NCBI GenBank assembly: GCA_019058315.1
Contig: JAHPZH010000010.1
Coordinates: forward strand, 1 to 40,531
From: Candidatus Helarchaeota archaeon
Lineage (GTDB): Archaea; Asgardarchaeota; Lokiarchaeia; Helarchaeales; RDOG01
Reading direction: 5' to 3'
Length of the DNA stretch: 40,531 bases
The notes beneath the pieces are model-generated. The model was given only the letters and a program-made list of their open reading frames with translations. It did not search any database and was not told where the DNA came from. This document shows, in pieces, positions 38,846 to 40,531 of the stretch. Position numbers and translations under genes: made by a program. Numbering within the stretch: the first letter of the stretch is position 1; each line of letters opens with the position of its first letter.

Positions 38846-39454
38846 TTGGATGGAAATAACATGATAGAATGGATAAATTTTGGTGTATTTATATTATCTA
38901 TGATTCTAATGTCATATTTGTACACTTTAAGTGTCCAACCAGTAACTCGTTCTGAAAAATATGGTAATAAAGCATGGAAACAATGCGAAACGTTCAGATC
39001 CATAGGAGGCATTTTCGAATTAGTAGCAATTATAAATATAATTGTTTGGTTTTTTTATCCCATTGAGAATTTCAATTGGAAAATAAGTTCAAATCCTTGG
39101 ATAGGTATCATCATTTCAATATCCATGGGAGTTCCTTGTGTAATCATCATGCTCAAGGGTGTGAAGGATGCGGGTTCGGAAACTCTAAAGCCTTCACCAG
39201 ATACAAAAATGTATGGAGGGATCTATAACTATATTAGACATCCACAAACACTAGGAGAGTTTCCATTATTTGTAGCAATAGCATTTGGTTTTAATTCGTT
39301 GTTCTTAGTTATATTCAGTGCAATTTGCATCGTGGTCTACATACCAATCATGATTCATTATGAAGAACAAGATCTCACAAAAAGGTTCGGAGAGAAGTAT
39401 CTTGAGTATAAAAAACGAACAGGTGCATTATTTCCTAAATTTTGGAAGCATTAA
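38846..39454 (+). CDS. Isoprenylcysteine carboxyl methyltransferase (ICMT/PEMT) family membrane protein
   Basis: GIYNYIRHPQTLG, EEQDL..RFGEKYLEYKKRT and hydrophobic N-terminal helices. Likely start MIEW (38861). Confidence 0.88.
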   Translation: MDGNNMIEWINFGVFILSMILMSYLYTLSVQPVTRSEKYGNKAWKQCETFRSIGGIFELVAIINIIVWFFYPIENFNWKISSNPWIGIIISISMGVPCVIIMLKGVKDAGSETLKPSPDTKMYGGIYNYIRHPQTLGEFPLFVAIAFGFNSLFLVIFSAICIVVYIPIMIHYEEQDLTKRFGEKYLEYKKRTGALFPKFWKH

Positions 39455-39472
39455 AGCATTTTTTATTCTATT

Positions 39473-39949
39473 GTGATATTTATGAGCAAGATAATTAAAA
39501 ATGGGAGAAATGAAACACATCGATCATTTAGAAGTGATTTTATGGACATTAGAAAAAATAAATGGCTATTTACTGCAACAATAATGTTTTTATTTTATTC
39601 AATTCTAGAGAGTCTTGATTGTGTGATTTTATTACTTATAATTCTTAAAATAATGCCTAATTTATATTTAAATTGGCTATTCGCCAATCCAATGATTCAA
39701 CAAATGTTACAAAATTATACGATTTACATGTTCCTATTTTTTATAGGATTTACGAGTTGGAGGATGATTTCAACCATCGGATTATTTAAAAATAGGCTTT
39801 GGGGATTTTGGCTTGGTTTAACGAATCTATTAGTAACCATAGTTTTGGATATGTGGTTCCTGCCAATAGGTGCAATTGAAATTTTCTCATGCATCGTAAT
39901 TATTGTTATTCTAATGGTTGGATATTATGATAATCAGCAAATAATTTGA
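39473..39949 (+). CDS. Hypothetical membrane protein
   Basis: About 4 hydrophobic segments with GLFKNRLWGFWLG. The start may be at MDIRK. Confidence 0.65.
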   Translation: MIFMSKIIKNGRNETHRSFRSDFMDIRKNKWLFTATIMFLFYSILESLDCVILLLIILKIMPNLYLNWLFANPMIQQMLQNYTIYMFLFFIGFTSWRMISTIGLFKNRLWGFWLGLTNLLVTIVLDMWFLPIGAIEIFSCIVIIVILMVGYYDNQQII

Positions 39950-40154
39950 TTCTATATATTTAATTTACTTAATTAACATAAATTATTTTTACAAAATGTT
40001 CTATGGGTTTTTTATTACAAACCATTTTTCAAATTTTTGTACGACACAAAATTTATTAGTTTATGAAGGGAGATGAACAAGGAGATAATTTTCTTTCTGG
40101 AATTTTAAAATCCGCAAATTAATCAAATTAATTAAACTTTAAAGTGGGATATAT

Positions 40155-40531
40155 ATGGATGCTAAAAAGAAAAAAATTGAAATTTTTACAATATTGACTT
40201 TATTTTCCATGTTATTTCTATTAACACAGTTCTCTATGAATAGAACTAATATACTAGTTCCAAGTTGGTTCAATGCAAAGACGATCATTCCATCGCAGCC
40301 CCTAGAACTTCAACCGGAAAAAGCGGAGCTCGGCTTTTTCGACACGCCAGGAAACGCATATGGTGTAGCGGTATCGGGAGACGTGGCATACGTTGCCGAT
40401 TTTGCTTCGGGCTTGCGGTGCATTGATATCAGCGACCCGTCGGCCCCGTTCGAAATAGGGGATTACGACACACCAGGAACCGCTTATGGTGTGGCGGTAT
40501 CGGGGGATGTGGCATACGTTGCCGATGTTTC
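40155..40531 (+). CDS. Secreted/surface LVIVD-repeat protein, truncated by the window end
   Basis: Hand translation gives [26 protein letters not shown] (signal peptide-like) and then [62 protein letters not shown]. The repeat period is 126 nt (40341 and 40467). Confidence 0.88.
   Translation, partial: MDAKKKKIEIFTILTLFSMLFLLTQFSMNRTNILVPSWFNAKTIIPSQPLELQPEKAELGFFDTPGNAYGVAVSGDVAYVADFASGLRCIDISDPSAPFEIGDYDTPGTAYGVAVSGDVAYVADV

Noticed and set aside
1286-39012. Short antisense or nested ORFs in the track (e.g. 1286-1600, 6048-6287, 18978-19406, 31047-31367, 37354-37647, 38818-39012)
   Set aside because: They overlap well-supported genes and show no family motifs, so they are treated as shadow ORFs.
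38846-39454. Evidence of eukaryote-like CaaX protein processing
   Set aside because: ICMT/PEMT-family proteins are widespread in prokaryotes, and no prenyltransferase or CaaX substrate is seen here.

Overview
AT-rich, gene-dense archaeal window, most consistent with an Asgard archaeon (Lokiarchaeia/Promethearchaeota type). This is inferred from a Loki-type profilin domain, tandem roadblock/LC7 genes, a wHTH-V4R-like regulator, 23-aa LRR, TPR and HEAT proteins, and DUF2769. No rRNA, tRNA, CRISPR array or intact mobile element was recognised. Four blocks stand out. (1) A profilin domain fused to an LCM-family SAM methyltransferase (5446-6711). (2) A tightly packed minus-strand cluster FIST - luxE-like - luxC-like - roadblock - roadblock (13464-8466), i.e. 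a fatty-acid activation/reduction module with no luciferase or luxD, between a sensor domain and two Ragulator/MglB-like adaptors. This is the best candidate for an undescribed system. (3) A wHTH-V4R regulator divergent from a 7-gene redox operon (unknown protein, two VAO/GlcD-type flavoproteins, an HdrD/GlpC-type CCG protein, two CrtI-like oxidoreductases, a HEAT protein), with a repeated TACCAAATA motif in the shared promoter region. (4) A TetR gene, FAD oxidoreductase, glycyl-radical activase, esterase and two tandem non-PFL glycyl-radical enzymes, linked by a 27-bp palindromic site present twice with one mismatch (29221-29247 and 38155-38181). The window also has a small membrane gene split at an A8 tract, and it ends inside a GC-richer LVIVD-repeat gene absent from the ORF track. 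All family calls are from motif recognition by eye, not database searches.
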